Shown here one piece after another: positions 56,107 to 64,000 of a stretch of 64,000 nt of DNA; position 1 is the stretch's first letter; each line of letters starts with the position of its first letter. Source of the DNA: Dictyostelium discoideum (lineage: Eukaryota); the NCBI GenBank assembly GCA_000004695.1, contig CM000150.2, positions 3,296,001-3,360,000 on the forward strand. The letters are read 5' to 3'. The position numbers and the translations under genes were made by a program. Below the pieces are notes generated by a model. That model was not told the DNA's origin, did no database searches, and saw only the letters and a program-made list of their open reading frames with translations.

Positions 56107-58728
56107 ATGACATCAAATTATCAATATCCCAATCCAAAAAGTTATACAAATAATAATAAAAATTTCGATCAACATTATGTATGGGGATGGAATGAAGGAC
56201 GACAATTAGGAATTGGTCATTACCAAAATGGTATGGAAATTGTTAAAGAACCCTATAGTTTAGGTGGTTCACATAATTTTGATACGAAATCAATATCAAT
56301 AGGTATGGCTCATTCACTAGCTATCGATAGTAGAGGTCAACTTTATTCATGTGGTAAAACTGCATATGGTAGATTAGGTTTGGGTGATTATTTATCACAA
56401 AATCAACAAAATATAAAAGAATTTACACAAATTAAATTAAATAAAGATGATAATGATGATCATGATAACAGTTATAGTTATAGTTATACTAGTAGTAGAA
56501 TTAATAATAAAATAAATAATAAAATAAATAATTCAATTAATAACTATATTAAAGTTAATAAAATTTCATGTGGTAGTGCACATAGTGCATTTATAACAGA
56601 GAATTTTCAATTATTTACATTTGGTAAAAATGATCAAGGTCAGTTGGGTCAAGGTTTAATAAATGAATTACATTCACCAAAGAGAGTTATTTATATTCAA
56701 TATAGTTTCAATCCAAATGAAATTGATCAAAGTAAAGCAATCACTGAAAAATCTACAAACTATCATGATAATGTCGATTTGGTGGCATGCGGTTTAAATC
56801 ATACTGTATTCAGTTTAAAAGATGGTTGTGTTTATTCAATGGGTAGTAATAAATTTTCACAATTAGGTTATCAGAGTACTATAAATGATAAAGTTTCACC
56901 AATTGTACAACCTGATGGAATTGTACAACCATCACCACCACTACCACTATTAGAACATAGACCAAGATTAATTGAATCTTTAAATTTACCACCACAACAT
57001 TTAGAACAACGTTTTACAAATATAAAATCAATATCATGTGGTTCAAATTTTACTGTTTGTATTAAACAAGGTAATCTTTATACTTGGGGTACAAATAATT
57101 TGGGTCAATGTGGTTTTAATCCAAAAGAAAATGATGATATTATTACAACAACTTCATCGTCATCATCATCAACCACTACCAATAATAATAATAATATAAT
57201 AATTAATAAACCAAAATTATTAATAATTTATGGTGATAAATCAACATTATCAACAGATTCAAATAATGGTAATGGTAAAAGAGTATTTAATTTTACTCAA
57301 GTTTCATGTGGTGTTGATCATTGTTTAGCATTAACTAATAATGGTCAAGTATTTGGATGGGGTGATAATAAGTATGGTCAAATTGGTCAATTAACATTTT
57401 CATCCGTTATAAAGATTGATACAACCACACCAATTAGAATTGGTGAATCATTAACCAATGAATTTATTACACAAATTTCAAGTGGTGCTTATCATTCAAT
57501 GGCATTAACTAAATCAAGTATAATCTATGCATGGGGTTTAAATGATAAGTGTCAAATTGGTGAAATTGGTAAAAATCAACAAGAAATCATTCAAACTCCC
57601 TGTCGTGTTAGATTTACAAATGCCAAAGAAAATTGTGCACCCATTTTACAAATATCTGCAGGTGGTAGATCATCAATGGCTATTAAATATTCACCCTCAA
57701 AAGTTGATATTAGACCATCGACCTATTTCGATGACATTTTAAGAATATTAGAAAATAAAAGTTTTCAAGACTTTAATTTAAACATTACAGATAATGAAGG
57801 TAAAATTAAAGAAATGTTTAAATTAAATAAACTATTTTGGAATAGATCATTGGTTTTACAATCATTGAAATCAAAAGAATTAACATCAACATCCTCAACC
57901 AATGTTGCAATTGAAAAATCAGAATTTATCAAAACTTTTAATGATTACTCAATAAAAGAAATCATTCAAGATCTATATATTGATGCACCAAGTAATCAAA
58001 GTTTTATTACAACTTCAATTTCTGAATATTTATTCTCAATGATTAATCAATCATCATTTTCTGATGTTAAAATTAAAGTAATTTGTAGAAATGATCAAGA
58101 TGATAAAGAAGTGACAAAAATTTTTAATGCACATAAATGTTTATTAGTAAATAGATCAGAGAAATTCAAAACATTATTAGAATCAAACTATTTTAAAGAA
58201 TCTATAGATGGTGTAATTACAATCGATGATTCGCCATCATTTCAAGTTTATGAAACATTTTTAACCTATTTATATACTGATGTATTAAATTTAAATAATG
58301 AAAATGTCATTGATTTATTTTTATTATCACACAGAGAATCTCAAAATAGAATGAAAGATTTAATTGAAGAATATTTATTCAATTCATTAGATATTGATAA
58401 TGTTTCAAACATTTTCGAATTGGCTTTACAATTAAATGATAATGCTATTTCAATCGATTCAAAAGGTATAAATAACTTTCTCATTGGTCAATGTATTTTC
58501 TTTATTGCTAAAAATTTAGAACAAGTTTCAAAAACTGAATCATTCATTAATTTATCTGATAATTCAAAAATAATTTTATCATCAAATTCAATTAATTTAA
58601 ATAATTCAAAATCAAATAAATCTTTAAATAATAATAATAATAATAATAATAATACCAACACTAATGATGATAATAATGATAATGATTTAAATAATGGTAA
58701 TAATGGTAAAAAATGTATTATATGTTAA
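56107..58728 (+). CDS. RCC1-repeat and BTB-domain protein (RCBTB1/2-like), 873 aa. Seven RCC1 blades then a BTB/POZ domain. The C-terminus ends …GKKCIIC.
   Basis: Seen in sequence: repeated RCC1 signatures (YVWGWNEGRQLGIG; LYSCGKTAYGRLGLG; FTFGKNDQGQLGQG; VYSMGSNKFSQLG; LYTWGTNNLGQCG; VFGWGDNKYGQIGQ; IYAWGLNDKCQIGE). BTB is FSDVKIKVICRNDQDDKEVTKIFNAHKCLLVNRSEKFKTLLESNYFKE…ITIDDSPSFQVYETFLTYLYTD. Confidence 0.8.
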   Translation: MTSNYQYPNPKSYTNNNKNFDQHYVWGWNEGRQLGIGHYQNGMEIVKEPYSLGGSHNFDTKSISIGMAHSLAIDSRGQLYSCGKTAYGRLGLGDYLSQNQQNIKEFTQIKLNKDDNDDHDNSYSYSYTSSRINNKINNKINNSINNYIKVNKISCGSAHSAFITENFQLFTFGKNDQGQLGQGLINELHSPKRVIYIQYSFNPNEIDQSKAITEKSTNYHDNVDLVACGLNHTVFSLKDGCVYSMGSNKFSQLGYQSTINDKVSPIVQPDGIVQPSPPLPLLEHRPRLIESLNLPPQHLEQRFTNIKSISCGSNFTVCIKQGNLYTWGTNNLGQCGFNPKENDDIITTTSSSSSSTTTNNNNNIIINKPKLLIIYGDKSTLSTDSNNGNGKRVFNFTQVSCGVDHCLALTNNGQVFGWGDNKYGQIGQLTFSSVIKIDTTTPIRIGESLTNEFITQISSGAYHSMALTKSSIIYAWGLNDKCQIGEIGKNQQEIIQTPCRVRFTNAKENCAPILQISAGGRSSMAIKYSPSKVDIRPSTYFDDILRILENKSFQDFNLNITDNEGKIKEMFKLNKLFWNRSLVLQSLKSKELTSTSSTNVAIEKSEFIKTFNDYSIKEIIQDLYIDAPSNQSFITTSISEYLFSMINQSSFSDVKIKVICRNDQDDKEVTKIFNAHKCLLVNRSEKFKTLLESNYFKESIDGVITIDDSPSFQVYETFLTYLYTDVLNLNNENVIDLFLLSHRESQNRMKDLIEEYLFNSLDIDNVSNIFELALQLNDNAISIDSKGINNFLIGQCIFFIAKNLEQVSKTESFINLSDNSKIILSSNSINLNNSKSNKSLNNNNNNNNNTNTNDDNNDNDLNNGNNGKKCIIC

Positions 58729-58770
58729 ATAAACTAATTTTATTTTTAAATTTTTAATTTTTCCTTAATA

Positions 58771-62939
<4,169 letters not shown>

Positions 62940-63759
62940 CTCTAAATAATTTTTTATCTAGCGCCAATAAAAAAAAAAAAAATTAAAGATTGAAGGGCTC
63001 ATGAAAAAATTTTGAAAAAAATTAAAAAATAATTGTTTTTAAAAAATTTGAATTTACAAGAATTCTATTTAGGAGAAAAAAAAAACAGTTAAAAAATTTT
63101 ATTTTTTTTATTTATTTATTTATTTATGTATTTACTTATTTTATTTATTTATTTATTTATTTATTTATTTGTTTATTTATTTTTTCAATGTGGTGAAAAA
63201 CATGGAAAAAAAAATATAAGAAATTATAAAAAAAATAATAAAGTGAAAAAAAAAATAAAATAAAAAAAAAAAATAAAAAACAATGAAAAAATAAAAAAAA
63301 AAAAGATATTTTTTGATAGTAAAAAAAAATAAAAAAAAAAAAAAAAGGAATAATTTTAAATTTCGAATAAAAATACCAAACTTAATTTTTTTTTTTTTTT
63401 TTTTTTTTTATATTTTTGGATCCAATTATTTCCAATTTTTTTTTTTTTTTTACAAAAATCACAAATTTAGTAAATCAGTCTTAATTTTCGAAATTAAATA
63501 AAATAGTAATAGCAACAATCATAATGGTAAGAGAATAATAATAATAATAATAATAATAAATCACAACAACAAAATAATAATTCAAATAGTGCACCAAATA
63601 CCCAACTTTACCAAGTTTATTTTTTTTTTGTTTTTGTTTATTTTTTTTTTTTTTAAAGTTAAATAAATTGAATATAAACAAAAAAATAAAAAAAAAAAAA
63701 TAAAAAAAAAGCAAACCAAATTTGATTTGATCAACCAATTTTTGATGACCAAAAAAAAA

Positions 63760-63798
<39 letters not shown>

Positions 63799-63877
63799 AA
63801 TAAAAAAAAAAAATAAAAAAAAAAATAAAAAAAAAACTTTTTTTTTTATTTTTTTTTTTTTTTTGGGTTTTTTTCTT

Positions 63878-63925
<48 letters not shown>

Positions 63926-64000
63926 TTTTTTGCCACACTTTTTTCACATTGTAATTCTAAAATTTGTGTGCGTTTTAAAAACCAAATAAAAAATATCTCA

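Noticed and set aside
63313-63738. Short ORFs 63313..63501 (+) and 63481..63738 (-).
   Set aside because: Composed of poly-K/poly-F from A/T homopolymers in the intergenic region upstream of the N-rich gene.

Overview
Eukaryotic window, almost certainly a dictyostelid (Dictyostelium-like) chromosome segment. It is ~78-80% A+T with poly-A/T intergenic tracts and pervasive in-frame (AAT)n/(CAA)n tracts encoding poly-Asn/poly-Gln. Introns are short (about 90-120 nt), AT-rich, with GTAAGT/GTATGT donors and (T)nAG acceptors. There is no prokaryotic operon, CRISPR array or defence island; tandem repeats are coding or microsatellite. I can support about 20 protein-coding genes, one tRNA gene and microsatellites. 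Notable calls: L-fucose kinase, ITFG2 (KICSTOR), ataxin-2, DCAF8-family, SDA1, DENN-domain protein, TDP2-like phosphodiesterase, PAN2, a CH+C1+CRIB STE20/PAK kinase, RCC1+BTB (RCBTB-like), plus several repeat-rich secreted/GPI proteins and unknowns. The tRNA-Pro(UGG) has an external B box. Several single ORFs in the track are exons of spliced genes. Some track ORFs begin with 'M' at GTG/TTG (e.g. 47074, 55260, 31625), which marks them as internal exons. Most interesting: (i) a DUSE promoter motif followed by a less AT-rich ~120-nt segment and an oligo-T run, a candidate unannotated Pol III ncRNA; (ii) partial duplications of the tRNA-Pro 5' end upstream of the tRNA; (iii) the PAK-like kinase architecture; (iv) a protein with five FDPRSPS-x-[KR]-x-[ST]P repeats; (v) two PABP-linked mRNA-turnover genes (ataxin-2, PAN2) in one window. 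All splice coordinates are hand-derived from the sequence and may be off by a few nt.
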